64,000 nt of DNA from Chloroflexota bacterium (GTDB taxonomy: Bacteria; Chloroflexota; Dormibacteria; CF-121), in the NCBI GenBank assembly GCA_005889535.1, contig VBHC01000111.1, positions 6,060-70,059 of the forward strand, in the 5' to 3' direction. The notes under the pieces were generated by a model. That model made no database searches and was not told the DNA's origin. It saw nothing but the letters and a program-made list of their open reading frames with translations. Of the stretch, positions 49,297-62,411 are shown one piece after another (within the stretch, counting starts at the first letter, position 1; each line of letters starts with the position of its first letter). Both the position numbers and the translations under genes were made by a program.

Positions 49297-49716
49297 CTAG
49301 ACGCGCCGACGGCGGCGGAGTTCCGCCAGCCGTAGCCGGGCTTCAGCCCGAGCCAGGGCGGTCGTCGCGGCGGCCTGGTCGGCGTCGGAGAGCTTCTGCT
49401 GTAGCAGGCTCTCGGCACGACGGCGCGCCTCCTCGGCGCGGGCTTCATCGATGTCGTCGGCCCGCTCCGCGGAGTCCGCCAGGACGGTGACCTGGTCCGG
49501 CCGCACTTCCAGGAATCCGCCCGAAACGAAGAAGTAATGTTCCTCGCCCTCGTTGCGGACCTTCACCGAGCCGGGCGCCAGCGGGGTCAGCAGCGGAATG
49601 TGCCGCGGCAGGACACCGAGCTCGCCTTCTGATCCGGGGGCGACCACGAAATCGGCATCGCCTTTGAATCGCCGCCCTTCGACGGTGACGATGTCGACGT
49701 GCAGCTTATCGGCCAC
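49297..49716 (-). CDS. atpC: F1 ATP synthase epsilon subunit
   Basis: N-terminal beta-sandwich (LHVDIVTVEG...) plus a C-terminal helical hairpin. Confidence 0.85.
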   Translation of the reverse strand: MADKLHVDIVTVEGRRFKGDADFVVAPGSEGELGVLPRHIPLLTPLAPGSVKVRNEGEEHYFFVSGGFLEVRPDQVTVLADSAERADDIDEARAEEARRRAESLLQQKLSDADQAAATTALARAEARLRLAELRRRRRV

Positions 49717-49719
49717 GCG

Positions 49720-51264
<1,545 letters not shown>

Positions 51265-52119
51265 CTATCCGGCGGCCAGCGCCTCGGCGCCACCGACGAT
51301 CTCACTGAGTTCTTTGGTGATCGTGGCCTGCCGCACCTTGTTCCGCAGCAGGGTCAAGTCGGTGATCAGCTCGCCGGCGTTGTCGGTCGCGTTACGCATG
51401 GCAATCATCTGCGCGGCGTAAAAGCTGGCCAGGTTATCGAGCACCGCCGCATAAACCTCCGCTTCAACATACCGCGGGAGGAGACGAGCCAGTACCTCCT
51501 CGGGTTCTGGTTCGTACAGGTAGTCGACGCGCACCCCTTCTTTCCGTTCGGGCACCTCGACCGGGACCAAGACAGAGACGGTGGGCACCAGCTTGGCCAC
51601 CGAGACAAAGTGGGTATGCACCAGCGCCACCTGGTCAACGCTCTCCTTGATGTACTCATCGCGGGCAACCGTGATCGCGGGGAGGATATCTTTCAACTCG
51701 GGCCGGTCGCCGGTCTGCGACACATCGGCGATGATCGGCACACCGAGTCGCCGAAAGTAGTCGCGCCCCTTGCGGCCGATCGTCACGAGCACGGTGTCGG
51801 GCCCCTGTCGGATGTAGCCCAGCGCCGCCCGGAAGGCGTTGACGTTCAGCCCACCTGCCAGGCCGCGATCGGCGCTCACGAGGATCAGCAATCGTTTTTT
51901 CACATCGCGCCGTGTCAGGAAAGGGTTGCGCGTCCCGGTTGTGCGACTGGCGACCTCGGTAAGCACCTCAGCCATCCGGTCGGCGTACGGCCGGCCGGCC
52001 TCGGCCCTCGCCTGCACCCGCCGGAGCTTCGAAGCTGCCACCGCCTGCAACGCGCGGGTGATCTGCTGCGTGTTCTGCAGGCTCGCGATCCTGCGGCGAA
52101 TCTCAGCGAGAGTGGCCAG
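51265..52119 (-). CDS. atpG: F1 ATP synthase gamma subunit, apparently initiating at CUG
   Basis: The conserved N-terminus LATLAEIRRRIASLQNTQQITRALQAVAASK aligns residue-for-residue with E. coli [31 protein letters not shown]. It begins right after the atpA stop (TAG AAG CTG) with no ATG/GTG/TTG in frame. AAGGAGG lies 8 nt upstream of the CTG. The ORF-track start at the TTG at 52050 would truncate the conserved helix. Confidence 0.7.
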   Translation of the reverse strand: MATLAEIRRRIASLQNTQQITRALQAVAASKLRRVQARAEAGRPYADRMAEVLTEVASRTTGTRNPFLTRRDVKKRLLILVSADRGLAGGLNVNAFRAALGYIRQGPDTVLVTIGRKGRDYFRRLGVPIIADVSQTGDRPELKDILPAITVARDEYIKESVDQVALVHTHFVSVAKLVPTVSVLVPVEVPERKEGVRVDYLYEPEPEEVLARLLPRYVEAEVYAAVLDNLASFYAAQMIAMRNATDNAGELITDLTLLRNKVRQATITKELSEIVGGAEALAAG

Positions 52120-52122
52120 CTT

Positions 52123-53739
<1,617 letters not shown>

Positions 53740-53760
53740 CTCGAATTGCCTCCTCCCGGG

Positions 53761-54291
53761 CTAACCCACTAGCTGCTGGCGCAGCCGATCCAGCTGAGTC
53801 CGTACGCTGCCGTCGATGAGCCGGTCGCCGATCTGCACAGTCGCGCCGGCGACCAACGCCGGATCATGTCGGTATTCCATGCGAACGCTCTTCCCCAGCC
53901 GCTCGGCGAGCGCTCGCTCGTATCGCTTTCGTTCCGAATCGTCGAGCTCGACCGCCGTGGTCAGCGCGACGTTCACGATGCCGGCGGCCTCGTCGGCCAT
54001 CCGCTCGAACTCACGCCGGATGGCAGGCATCTCCGAGGATCGACGATGCTCGATCAACAGCCGCAAGAGGTTCTGCGTTTCCGGTCGAAGCTCCGGCGCC
54101 AGCCGCTGAGCCAGCTCCATCCGCCGCGGCGTCGTGACGGCAGGATTGGCGAAGGCCGCCCGCAACACGTCATCCTGCAGCAGGGCGTCGAGCTGGGTGA
54201 GCTCGCGCCGCCACCCATCGAAGTCGTGCTCGGCTTCGGCCAGCTGGAAGACCCCCTGCGCGTAGCGCCGAGCGATGTTACTGCGCGGCAT
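53761..54291 (-). CDS. atpH: F1 ATP synthase delta subunit (OSCP)
   Basis: 176 aa with the OSCP-like pattern (IARRYAQGVFQLA...). Confidence 0.8.
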   Translation of the reverse strand: MPRSNIARRYAQGVFQLAEAEHDFDGWRRELTQLDALLQDDVLRAAFANPAVTTPRRMELAQRLAPELRPETQNLLRLLIEHRRSSEMPAIRREFERMADEAAGIVNVALTTAVELDDSERKRYERALAERLGKSVRMEYRHDPALVAGATVQIGDRLIDGSVRTQLDRLRQQLVG

Positions 54292-54802
54292 TCGGCTCCT
54301 TTTCCACCTGTTCGATTGCGGCTTCGATCAGCTTGCGGTGCCGTTCACCGTCGAGGCTCTCGCCGACGATCCGGCGCACCGCCTCGGTAACGATGTCCGC
54401 CATTTGCCGGCGTATCGAGTGAATCGCTCGCTGGCGCTCGGCTTCGATGTCCCGGCTGGCCGCCTCCACGATGCGCCTCGCCTCGTCGCGGGCCTTCTCC
54501 TGTGCCTCCCCTTGAATCCGCTCGGCCGCCCGGTTCGCCCGCTCGATGATTTGTCCCGCCTCTTCGCGAGCTCGCTGAATCTCCGCCTGCGCCTCCCGGA
54601 GGTGTTGTTCGGCCTCCTGGCGCGATTTCTCCGCCTGCTCCAGTTGCGCCTTGATCTGCAGCTGGCGAGCCTCTGCCGCGCGAATGATCGGTGGGCAAAC
54701 CCATCTGGCAAGAACTCCAAGCATGAGCAGGAAGGCGATGAACTCGGCAATCAAGGTGCCGTTGATGCTCAGCAAGCCGGCAGCGAGGTAGGCGATCAGC
54801 AA
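54278..54802 (-). CDS. atpF: Fo ATP synthase subunit b
   Basis: Single N-terminal TM segment plus a long charged coiled coil. TTG start at 54800..54802. Confidence 0.75.
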   Translation of the reverse strand: MLIAYLAAGLLSINGTLIAEFIAFLLMLGVLARWVCPPIIRAAEARQLQIKAQLEQAEKSRQEAEQHLREAQAEIQRAREEAGQIIERANRAAERIQGEAQEKARDEARRIVEAASRDIEAERQRAIHSIRRQMADIVTEAVRRIVGESLDGERHRKLIEAAIEQVEKEPNAAQ

Positions 54803-54805
54803 TCT

Positions 54806-55063
54806 TTACCCGCTGACACCACTGGCCACAGCGGTGATGAAGTAGAAGCCAAGCGCCAGGTTGATGAAATACATGGCTTCCACCAGGCCGATGATCAGGA
54901 ACATGATGATTTGCAGGCGGGCTTGCGCCTCCGGCTGCCGGGCCGTACCCTGAATCGTTGCATTGCCGGCGAGGCCATCACCAACGGCGGCGCCAATCGC
55001 GCCGCCACCCAGCGCAAGGCCGGCGGCGATAAGCGCTCCAGCGAGGACGATCGCGTGATTCAT
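54806..55063 (-). CDS. atpE: Fo ATP synthase subunit c
   Basis: 85-aa hairpin [24 protein letters not shown]...[13 protein letters not shown] with the ion-binding Glu. The ORF-track 132-aa form is an upstream extension. Confidence 0.85.
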   Translation of the reverse strand: MNHAIVLAGALIAAGLALGGGAIGAAVGDGLAGNATIQGTARQPEAQARLQIIMFLIIGLVEAMYFINLALGFYFITAVASGVSG

Positions 55064-55067
55064 AGAT

Positions 55068-55913
55068 TTACCCTCCAGTTTCCGCAGTTGCCGGGGCCGT
55101 GCTTGGATGTCCGCCGTGCCCCTCTTCCTCGAGACCCTCGCGCGCCATACCGAAATAGATGATGGTGAGCAACGTAAAGATGAAGGCCTGGATGGTGCCG
55201 ACAAAGAAGATGTCGAACGCTTTCCAGACGATCAGACCAAGCTCAGCGAGCGGTCCGAAGACGACCCCCAGGGCGGTCGTCAAGCCACCGCTCGGCACCA
55301 GCCCGGCGAGGAAGGTGATGAGCGACCCGATGAGATACACCATCAACGCGCCCGCGAAGATGTTGCCGAAGAGCCGGAGGGAAAGGGTCACCGGCTTGAC
55401 GACCTCTTCCACGATGTTGAGCGGAATAAATGCGATCCGCACCGGCAGCGCCATCTCGAAAGGTTTCGTGAATCGACGAAGGTAGCCCCGTAACCCCAGA
55501 ACCCGAAGGCTGTACGCCTGGACCACGATGATGACCAGCAAGGCCATGGCCAGGGTCTGGTTCAAGTCGGCATTGGCGGGATGGATCGGATCCGCCAGCG
55601 GAAAGAAATCGAGCCAGTTGGCGATCAGGATGTAGAAGCCGAGCGTCATTGCCAGCGGCACGATGAAGCCGCCGCCCTCGCCGACGGACTCACGGATCAG
55701 CCCGCGCACGTAGTCGATGAGGAACTCGAAGAGCAGCTGGAGCTTGCCCGGCACGCCATGACTCAGCCGGTCGGCGACCAGGAAACCGACGATGAGCGTG
55801 ATGATGATGGCGATCGCGCTCGAGATCAGGCTGTCGTAGTTGAAGGTGCAGTACCAGGAACCGCAGACACTGACGGTGGGATGGGTGCCGGGCGCCTCAG
55901 CAAGAAAGATCAC
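55068..55913 (-). CDS. atpB: Fo ATP synthase subunit a
   Basis: Five to six TM segments and the conserved [12 protein letters not shown] (Arg) motif. Confidence 0.85.
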   Translation of the reverse strand: MIFLAEAPGTHPTVSVCGSWYCTFNYDSLISSAIAIIITLIVGFLVADRLSHGVPGKLQLLFEFLIDYVRGLIRESVGEGGGFIVPLAMTLGFYILIANWLDFFPLADPIHPANADLNQTLAMALLVIIVVQAYSLRVLGLRGYLRRFTKPFEMALPVRIAFIPLNIVEEVVKPVTLSLRLFGNIFAGALMVYLIGSLITFLAGLVPSGGLTTALGVVFGPLAELGLIVWKAFDIFFVGTIQAFIFTLLTIIYFGMAREGLEEEGHGGHPSTAPATAETGG

Positions 55914-56248
55914 CCGGCCAGCGCCTCCCGCACCGCGAACCCGGCGAGGACCAGCTGAGCAACGGCAATGCCGCCGACCACCAGCCAGACCTGCGAGAGT
56001 CCGATCAACAGCCCAATGCCGAGGCCCAGGCCCGTCAGCAGCAGCAACCGGACAAGACTGAGGGCGGTAAAGCCCATTCCGAAAGCGAGCGAGCGCTGGA
56101 CGAGCAGCCCGTTTGCCGAACCGACCAGCAGGCCGATGGCGAATGCCAGGGCATTCTTGACCTGTCCCGTGGCGAACCCAAGCGCGATCACCGAAGCGGC
56201 CGCGATGCCGGAGGCGGTCACCGTGTTTCGGACCAGCCGGTTCTTCAC
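55910..56248 (-). CDS. atpI: ATP synthase protein I (AtpI-like)
   Basis: 112-aa four-TM protein immediately upstream of atpB. Confidence 0.55.
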   Translation of the reverse strand: MKNRLVRNTVTASGIAAASVIALGFATGQVKNALAFAIGLLVGSANGLLVQRSLAFGMGFTALSLVRLLLLTGLGLGIGLLIGLSQVWLVVGGIAVAQLVLAGFAVREALAG

Positions 56249-56508
56249 AGGTATCGTTTGAACCTCGTATAGACCATGGCGCCGCCCGCGATGATGCCGA
56301 TCACCAGACCGGCGAGGAGCAGCAGGGGCGCGGTATGGGCCACACCGTCGATCACGGCGCCAATCAGGAGGGGAAGGACGACGACGACGGCGAGCAACAG
56401 GCCGAGACCGGCCAGCTCGCCGCCCGACGGGGCGTGGCCGCGCGGTGCCGCTGCATCGTAAGTAGGATGATCCATGCCGGGCTCCTTGCGCTTATCCTTC
56501 GGGGCCAT
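56245..56508 (-). CDS. AtpZ/AtpR-like small membrane protein
   Basis: 87 aa, two TM segments, overlapping the atpI start by 4 nt. Confidence 0.45.
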   Translation of the reverse strand: MAPKDKRKEPGMDHPTYDAAAPRGHAPSGGELAGLGLLLAVVVVLPLLIGAVIDGVAHTAPLLLLAGLVIGIIAGGAMVYTRFKRYL

Positions 56509-56593
56509 CGTTGCCTCCGAAATGGGGCCTCAACGAGTTCAGCTTAACAGGCGCCAAATTCAACTCGCTATCCGGTGAGCGCCCTAACCGAGC

Positions 56594-57691
56594 TCAACCG
56601 CGGCTGGTTCGCTGGAATCGCCGCATCATGATGACGACGATCCCCAACAGCATCAGCAGGATCGCGCCGAGCAACACTTTCCGGTGGCCGTAGATGGCGA
56701 GACCGAGAGCTGCGAAAATGGCCGTCCCGAAGTAGAAGACGAGCGCCGTCTCCCGCGGGCTGAGACCAAAATCGAGCAGCCGATGATGCAGATGCTCCGT
56801 ATCCGGAGCGGCGATCGATCGGCCCCGCATCCGGCGCCGCAGAATCGCCCAACCCGTATCGAAAATCGGGATGGCCAGGGCGGCGATCGGCACGATCAGG
56901 GCCAGGACCACGGCGCCCTTCGCCACTGACAGTACGGAGAGGGCCGCCAGCGTGAAACCGAGAAAGTTGCTACCGGTATCACCCATGAAAACGCGGGCCG
57001 GATGCCAGTTGAAGAAGAGAAAGCCGGCACAGGCCCCGATCAAGGCACCAGACAGGATGACGATATCCATCTGCTCTCGGTTGATCGCCGCCAGCAGAAG
57101 GGTCGCCGCCACGATGGCGACGACGCCCGCCGCCAGTCCATCAACACCGTCGATCAGGTTGATCGTGTTTTGCAGACCGACGAACCAGAGGAGTGTCAGC
57201 GGGATCGATACCGCGACCGCCAGGTTGACGATGTGGCCGCCGGGCAGGTTCACCGAGTGGATATAGATGCCGAACACGACGATCGCCAGCAAGGATGCGC
57301 CGATCTGAGCAAGAAGCTTGGAAAGGGCTCGGAGCCCGTGCAGGTCATCGAAGACCATCAGCGTAGTGATGACCGCCGCCGAAAGGAGCAGCCCGAGGGT
57401 TGAGGGGTTGGTCGAGAAAAGCGCCGCCGAAAGGCCGAATCCCAGGTACATGGCGAGTCCGCCGAGGCGGGCCGTCGGCCGGCTGTGGATCCGCCGCTCA
57501 CCCGGCTCGGCGACCGCCCCGAGACGGAATGCCAGCCAGCGCACGGGGAGCACGGCGATCGCCGTGAAGACCAGAGCGACGAAAAACGGCCGAACGGCCG
57601 GCCCGAAACGTGCGGCTGAGAACGTAGACCAGAACGTCGGATCGCTGAAGAAGGTTGTGCCGGCTAGTACGGCAATGGGAACCGCTCGCAC
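56594..57691 (-). CDS. polyprenyl-phosphate GlcNAc-1-phosphate transferase (WecA/TagO, MraY family)
   Basis: DDxxD-like region, VFMGDTGSNFLG and 10-11 TM segments. It sits between glyA and the atp operon, as rfe does in actinobacteria. Confidence 0.8.
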   Translation of the reverse strand: MRAVPIAVLAGTTFFSDPTFWSTFSAARFGPAVRPFFVALVFTAIAVLPVRWLAFRLGAVAEPGERRIHSRPTARLGGLAMYLGFGLSAALFSTNPSTLGLLLSAAVITTLMVFDDLHGLRALSKLLAQIGASLLAIVVFGIYIHSVNLPGGHIVNLAVAVSIPLTLLWFVGLQNTINLIDGVDGLAAGVVAIVAATLLLAAINREQMDIVILSGALIGACAGFLFFNWHPARVFMGDTGSNFLGFTLAALSVLSVAKGAVVLALIVPIAALAIPIFDTGWAILRRRMRGRSIAAPDTEHLHHRLLDFGLSPRETALVFYFGTAIFAALGLAIYGHRKVLLGAILLMLLGIVVIMMRRFQRTSRG

Positions 57692-58932
57692 AACGCCCGG
57701 CTATGGGCGCGCACCTGTTCGTGCACCGCGCGGTCGTCGAGATTGACAAGCAGCTCGGCGACCATTTCGGCAATCTGGTTCATCTCGTTGGGACCCATGC
57801 CGCGCGTCGTGACCGAAGGCGTCCCCAACCGGATGCCACTCGGATTGAACTTGCTCGCCGTGTCGAACGGAATCGAGTTCCGGTTGACGGTAATGCCAAC
57901 GGTATCGAAAGTCTCCTGGACTTTCTTCCCGGTCAGGCCAAGCGGCCGCAGGTCGATCAGCATCAGGTGGTTGTCGGTCCCACCGCTGACGAGTCGCAAC
58001 TTTCGGCGGGTCAGGCCTTCCGCCAGCAGCCGCGCGTTATTGACCACCGACTGCGCGTAGGACCTGAACTCCGGTGTCTTCCATTGCGCCAGCATCACGG
58101 CTTTGCCCGCGATCGCGTGATTGTGCGGCCCCCCCTGGCTCCCGGGGAAGACGCTCTTGTCGATGTCGGCGGCGAACTTCGCCTTGCACAGGATCATGGC
58201 GCCCCATGGGCCGCGCATAGTCTTGTGCGTCGTGAAGCTCACGAAATCAGCATGCGGCACCGGGCTTGGATGGGCTCCGCCCGCCACCAGCCCGGCGAAA
58301 TGCGCCATGTCAACGAAGAAGTAGGCGTCGAGGCCGCGGGCGATCGCGGCCATCCGCTCGAAGTCGAGGATGCGAGGATAGGCGCTGTAGCCGGCCAGCA
58401 GCATCTTCGGCCGCACCTCTCGCGCCTGCCGCTCCAGCACGTCGTAGTCGATCCGCTCCGTATTCGGGTCGACGCCGTAGGGCACGAAGTGGTAGAGCTT
58501 GCCCGAGAAGTTGACCGGGCTGCCGTGGCTGAGGTGGCCCCCGTGGCTCAGGTCCATGCCCAGCACGGTGTCGCCCGGACTGAGCACGGCGGCGTAGACG
58601 GCATAATTCGCGGTGGTCCCGCAATGTGATTGCACGTTCGCGTGCTCGGCGTTGAAGAGGGCCTTGGCCCGTTCGATGGCCAGTGTTTCGATCCGGTCGA
58701 CGTTTTCGCAGCCGCCGTAGTAGCGCTTGCCCGGGTAGCCTTCCGCATACTTGTTGTTGAGCAGCGACCCCAGTGCCTGCAACACCGCCGGACTGGCGAT
58801 GTTCTCCGAGGGAATGAGTTCGAGCGTGTACTGCTGCCGTTCGAACTCGTCCCGGATCGCGGCACCGACCTCGGGATCGACGGCGTCGATCCGGCTGGTC
58901 AGGTCGGTGTGGGCCTGGAGCATTCCGCTCAT
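57664..58932 (-). CDS. glyA: serine hydroxymethyltransferase
   Basis: TLELIPSENI and the PLP-lysine region VTTTTHKTLRGPRGG-like (FTTHKTMRGPWGA). Start chosen at MSGMLQAH; the ORF-track start is further upstream. Confidence 0.9.
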   Translation of the reverse strand: MSGMLQAHTDLTSRIDAVDPEVGAAIRDEFERQQYTLELIPSENIASPAVLQALGSLLNNKYAEGYPGKRYYGGCENVDRIETLAIERAKALFNAEHANVQSHCGTTANYAVYAAVLSPGDTVLGMDLSHGGHLSHGSPVNFSGKLYHFVPYGVDPNTERIDYDVLERQAREVRPKMLLAGYSAYPRILDFERMAAIARGLDAYFFVDMAHFAGLVAGGAHPSPVPHADFVSFTTHKTMRGPWGAMILCKAKFAADIDKSVFPGSQGGPHNHAIAGKAVMLAQWKTPEFRSYAQSVVNNARLLAEGLTRRKLRLVSGGTDNHLMLIDLRPLGLTGKKVQETFDTVGITVNRNSIPFDTASKFNPSGIRLGTPSVTTRGMGPNEMNQIAEMVAELLVNLDDRAVHEQVRAHSRALCERFPLPY

Positions 58933-58942
58933 TATCCCGAAA

Positions 58943-59533
58943 TCACGACGTGATGAGCTCAGTCTGTGGAATCGCTCCCTGGCGAAGGATGCGGGGCACC
59001 TCGCCACTCAGGTCCAGGATGGTCGATGGTTGGCCGATCCGGCACCGTCCGCCGTCGAGCACGAGATCGATCCGGTCTCCCATTCCCGCGATCACGTGAT
59101 CGGCGTCGACGGGCGGCGCCTGGCCGGCGGGATTGGCGCTGCTGCTCGCGATTGGTTCGCCCAGGGATTGCAGCAATTCGAGCGCCACGTGGTGGTTCGG
59201 TGCGCGTACCGCAATGGTTGGACCTTCCAGAGCGAGGCGCGCCGGAAGAACGAGGGTTAATGGACCCGGCCAGAACCGCGCGATCAGCTCGGAGGCAACC
59301 TCCGACACGACGGCGATCGGCTCGACCTGCGGGCGGCCACTGACGAGCCAGACCATCGGCTGGCCGGAAGGCCGGCGCTTGATTTCGTAGAGTCGCTGGA
59401 CCGCGGCCGGATCGCCGGCCCGCGCCCCGACCGCATAGAGCGTGTCCGTGGGAAACGCGATGACGGCGCCTTGCCGAAGGCGTTCCGCAGCCCGGTCGAC
59501 GTGGCTCGGGTCAGCCGGCCAGCGCTCGGTCAC
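58943..59533 (-). CDS. tsaC: L-threonylcarbamoyladenylate synthase (TsaC/YrdC family)
   Basis: YrdC-fold motifs (IAFPTDTLYAVGA, PGPLTLVLP, SSSANPAGQ). Confidence 0.8.
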   Translation of the reverse strand: MTERWPADPSHVDRAAERLRQGAVIAFPTDTLYAVGARAGDPAAVQRLYEIKRRPSGQPMVWLVSGRPQVEPIAVVSEVASELIARFWPGPLTLVLPARLALEGPTIAVRAPNHHVALELLQSLGEPIASSSANPAGQAPPVDADHVIAGMGDRIDLVLDGGRCRIGQPSTILDLSGEVPRILRQGAIPQTELITS

Positions 59534-59551
59534 AGTGGCGTCTCGGTCCGG

Positions 59552-60382
59552 TCAAGGCAGTTGGATGCGCACCACGCGGTCGCGCCCGGCGAGATCTTTG
59601 TGGACGCTGATGTCTGCTGCAGGCCACTGACCCTGGGCGAGGCGGACGATGCGACGTGTCTGCGCCGGGTCGTACTCGAAGAACAGGGCGCCGCCCGGCT
59701 TCACCACGGCGGGCGCTTGCGACAATGCCGTGCGGATCAACGCCAGCCCATCCTCGCCGCCATCGAGCGCGAGCGCCGGCTCGTACTCGAGTTCCTTCGG
59801 AAGGTTTGCCAGGATCAGGTCTGCCGGCCGGGCGCCACGCAGCAGGTCCGCCTTGACGGTCGTGATGCGACGGCGCAGCCGGTGGCGCGCGATATTTGTT
59901 GCGGCCACCCGCAGGGCGCGGGCGCTCACATCCCTGGCAACGATGCGAACCCGTGATACCGCCTTGGCGACGGCAATCGCCACCGCGCCGCTGCCGGTAC
60001 CGAGGTCGATGACCCGCCGCGGGCCCGGATGCGCGTTCAGCCATTCGATGGCCAGCTCGACGAGGCTCTCGCTTTCCGGTCGTGGAATCAGGACTGCCGG
60101 ACTCACCATCAGCATGTGACCGTAGAACTCGCGCTCGCCGGTCAGGTAGGGCACCGGAACGCGGGCGGCCCGGCGCGCCGCCAGGCGACGCAGCCGCCGC
60201 CGCTGTGGTTCGGTCAGCCGTTGCTCGGGGTGACTGTGCAGCCGCTCGCGCGAGACCTTGAGGACGTGCGCGACCAGGATCTCGGCGTCGAGCCAGGCGT
60301 AGGCGATGCCGGCCTTTCGCAGTGTCGCACGCGTGGTGGCGAGCTGGACCTTGACGGTGTCGCGGTCAGGCGCGGGAGCCAT
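59552..60382 (-). CDS. prmC: release-factor glutamine methyltransferase PrmC/HemK, motif IV degenerate (NLPK instead of NPPY)
   Basis: HemK N-terminal domain (YLTGEREFYG) and SAM motif I VIDLGTGSGAVAI. The canonical DLIVSNPPY position reads ADLILANLPKELEYEP (codons around 59795..59806, checked on the DNA). Confidence 0.75.
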   Translation of the reverse strand: MAPAPDRDTVKVQLATTRATLRKAGIAYAWLDAEILVAHVLKVSRERLHSHPEQRLTEPQRRRLRRLAARRAARVPVPYLTGEREFYGHMLMVSPAVLIPRPESESLVELAIEWLNAHPGPRRVIDLGTGSGAVAIAVAKAVSRVRIVARDVSARALRVAATNIARHRLRRRITTVKADLLRGARPADLILANLPKELEYEPALALDGGEDGLALIRTALSQAPAVVKPGGALFFEYDPAQTRRIVRLAQGQWPAADISVHKDLAGRDRVVRIQLP

Positions 60383-61466
60383 TTGGCGGCGGTTCGCTCA
60401 GGCGGTTGCCCTGGTCCCAGGCGATGAGGCGGTCGATCACCGGATCGAGGTCGCCGGCTTCCACGAACTGTGGGAGCTTGTAGTACTTGAAATCGATCCG
60501 GTGGTCGGTGATGCGCGCCTCCGGATAGTTATAGGTACGAACTTTTTCGCTGCGGTCGCCCGAGCCCACGGCCGAACGACGAACCTCGGTCAAGGCCTCC
60601 TGCTGCTGCGCCATCTGGCGGTCGAGCAGGCGGGCCATCAGCACCTTTTCCGCCTTGGCCTTGTTCTTGAGCTGCGAGCGCTCATCCTGGCAGGTGACCA
60701 CGATCGGCGGACCGCCGTCCTCCGGCGTGTAAGTGAGGCGCACTGCCGAGTCCGTCGTATTGACGCTCTGCCCGCCGTGTCCGCCGGAACGATAGACATC
60801 GACCTTGAGCCGTTCGGGGTCGATGGCGACATCGACCTCTTCGGCCTCCGGCATGACCACCACCGTGGCCGTCGAGGTGTGAATCCGGCCCTGCGCCTCC
60901 GTCTCGGGCACCCGCTGCACGCGGTGCACGCCATTCTCGAACTTCAGCCTCGAGTATGCGCCGTGGCCGCGAACCTCGAAGACCACTTCTTTGAAGCCGC
61001 CCCGCTCGGTCACGTTCTCCGAGAGCAGGTCGACCTTCCACCGCCGCGACTCGGCGTAGCGGCTGTACATGCGGAAGAGGTCAGCGGCAAACAATCCCGC
61101 CTCGTCCCCGCCGGTTCCCTGGCGGATCTCGATGATGACGTCCTTGTCGTCGGTGGGGTCCTTGGGCACGAGCGCCAGCTTGAGCTCGCCTTCGAGGCGG
61201 TCGCGCTCCGCCTGTTGCTTCTCGAACTCCTGCCTCGCATAGGCCTGCATCTCCGGATCCCGCTCCTGCTCCGCGAGCTCGCGAGCTTCGGCCATGGCGT
61301 GCTCGGCACGGCGGTACGCCTCGTAGAGCTGCACAAGGTCCTTGAGTTGGGCCTGCTCCTTGCTCAGCCGCTGGAGCTCCTTGAGGTTAGCGTGGACCGC
61401 GGGATCGGCCAGCCGTTCGGTGATCGCCTTGTACCGAGCCCGAACGGCTTCGAGCTGTTCGAACAT
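60366..61466 (-). CDS. prfA: peptide chain release factor 1
   Basis: GGQ (SGGHGGQSVNTTDS) and PET tripeptide motifs. Start at MFEQLEAVRARY (ATG 61464..61466, overlapping the upstream stop by 1 nt). The ORF-track 468-aa form is an upstream extension. Confidence 0.9.
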   Translation of the reverse strand: MFEQLEAVRARYKAITERLADPAVHANLKELQRLSKEQAQLKDLVQLYEAYRRAEHAMAEARELAEQERDPEMQAYARQEFEKQQAERDRLEGELKLALVPKDPTDDKDVIIEIRQGTGGDEAGLFAADLFRMYSRYAESRRWKVDLLSENVTERGGFKEVVFEVRGHGAYSRLKFENGVHRVQRVPETEAQGRIHTSTATVVVMPEAEEVDVAIDPERLKVDVYRSGGHGGQSVNTTDSAVRLTYTPEDGGPPIVVTCQDERSQLKNKAKAEKVLMARLLDRQMAQQQEALTEVRRSAVGSGDRSEKVRTYNYPEARITDHRIDFKYYKLPQFVEAGDLDPVIDRLIAWDQGNRLSEPPPNGSRA

Positions 61467-62347
61467 CAGGCCGCCGCCTCTTTTTCCTCCTGGCGGGCGG
61501 CCTGGAACGCCGCCAGGGCGACTTCCAGCTGGCGGTCGTCCGGCTCTCGAGTGGTGAGCTTCTGGGTAAGGAGGAACGGGATGATCAAGACTTTGACGAC
61601 CGGGTTGTTGCGGTGCCGTCCCGCAAACCGAATGAACTCGTAGGCCAGCATCGCGATCAGTGGGATGAGCACGATCCGCGACAGGAGTAGCAGCGGCAGC
61701 GCTGGCCGCCCGACCAGCCCGAAGACGAACGCACTGACGACCATGACCGCGAGCAGAAACCCGGTGCCGCACCGCGGATGGAGGGTGCTCTGGGTGCGCA
61801 CATTCGGCACGTCCAGCGCCAGGCCGGCTTCGAACGCATTGATGGTCTTGTGCTCGGCACCGTGGTAGGCGAAGAGGCGGGCGATCTCGGCCTTGAACGA
61901 GATGGCGTAGAGGTACAGGAGGAGGAGCGCGATCCGAACGACGCCGTCGACGATGCCGAAGAAGAGGCTGCCGTGGCCGCGGCTGAGGAAGCCTGCCGCG
62001 AGGAGTGGCACACCGAGGAAGAAGAGCAGGGCGCCGAGGACCGCGATCCCCATGGTGATCCGGATGGCATTCGCGCTCAACTCCACCTGCTCACCGGCAG
62101 CCTGGATGTTCGCCGACCAGACCAGCGCCTTCATCCCGAGATGGAGTTGCTCCCACAATCCGGCCAGCCCCCGGAGCAAGGGCAGCTTCCAGAGCCGATG
62201 GGTGTAGATGATCGAGCGGAGGCGCTCGCGCAGCACCTGGATCTCGCCGTCGGGCTTGCGGACGGCGACCGCGTACGTGGTCCGGCCGCGCATCATGACG
62301 CCTTCAAGCACGGCCTGGCCGCCATAGAAGAACTTGTCCTGGCTCAC
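61466..62347 (-). CDS. DUF1385 (YqhQ-like) membrane protein
   Basis: FYGGQAVLEGVMMRG...AYHGAEHKTINAFE pattern of the DUF1385 family, which is commonly adjacent to prfA. Confidence 0.6.
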   Translation of the reverse strand: MSQDKFFYGGQAVLEGVMMRGRTTYAVAVRKPDGEIQVLRERLRSIIYTHRLWKLPLLRGLAGLWEQLHLGMKALVWSANIQAAGEQVELSANAIRITMGIAVLGALLFFLGVPLLAAGFLSRGHGSLFFGIVDGVVRIALLLLYLYAISFKAEIARLFAYHGAEHKTINAFEAGLALDVPNVRTQSTLHPRCGTGFLLAVMVVSAFVFGLVGRPALPLLLLSRIVLIPLIAMLAYEFIRFAGRHRNNPVVKVLIIPFLLTQKLTTREPDDRQLEVALAAFQAARQEEKEAAA

Positions 62348-62411
62348 GCCGCGCTCATCCTAGTCCGTCGAGAACCCCTGTGGGCCACAAGGGCCTCAAC
62401 GCCGAAGGCGA

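Noticed and set aside
51265-52050. ORF-track start of atpG at the TTG at 52050
   Set aside because: It would delete the universally conserved N-terminal helix (IRRRIASLQNTQQITRALQ), which is encoded in frame immediately upstream. The CUG start after the atpA stop is preferred.
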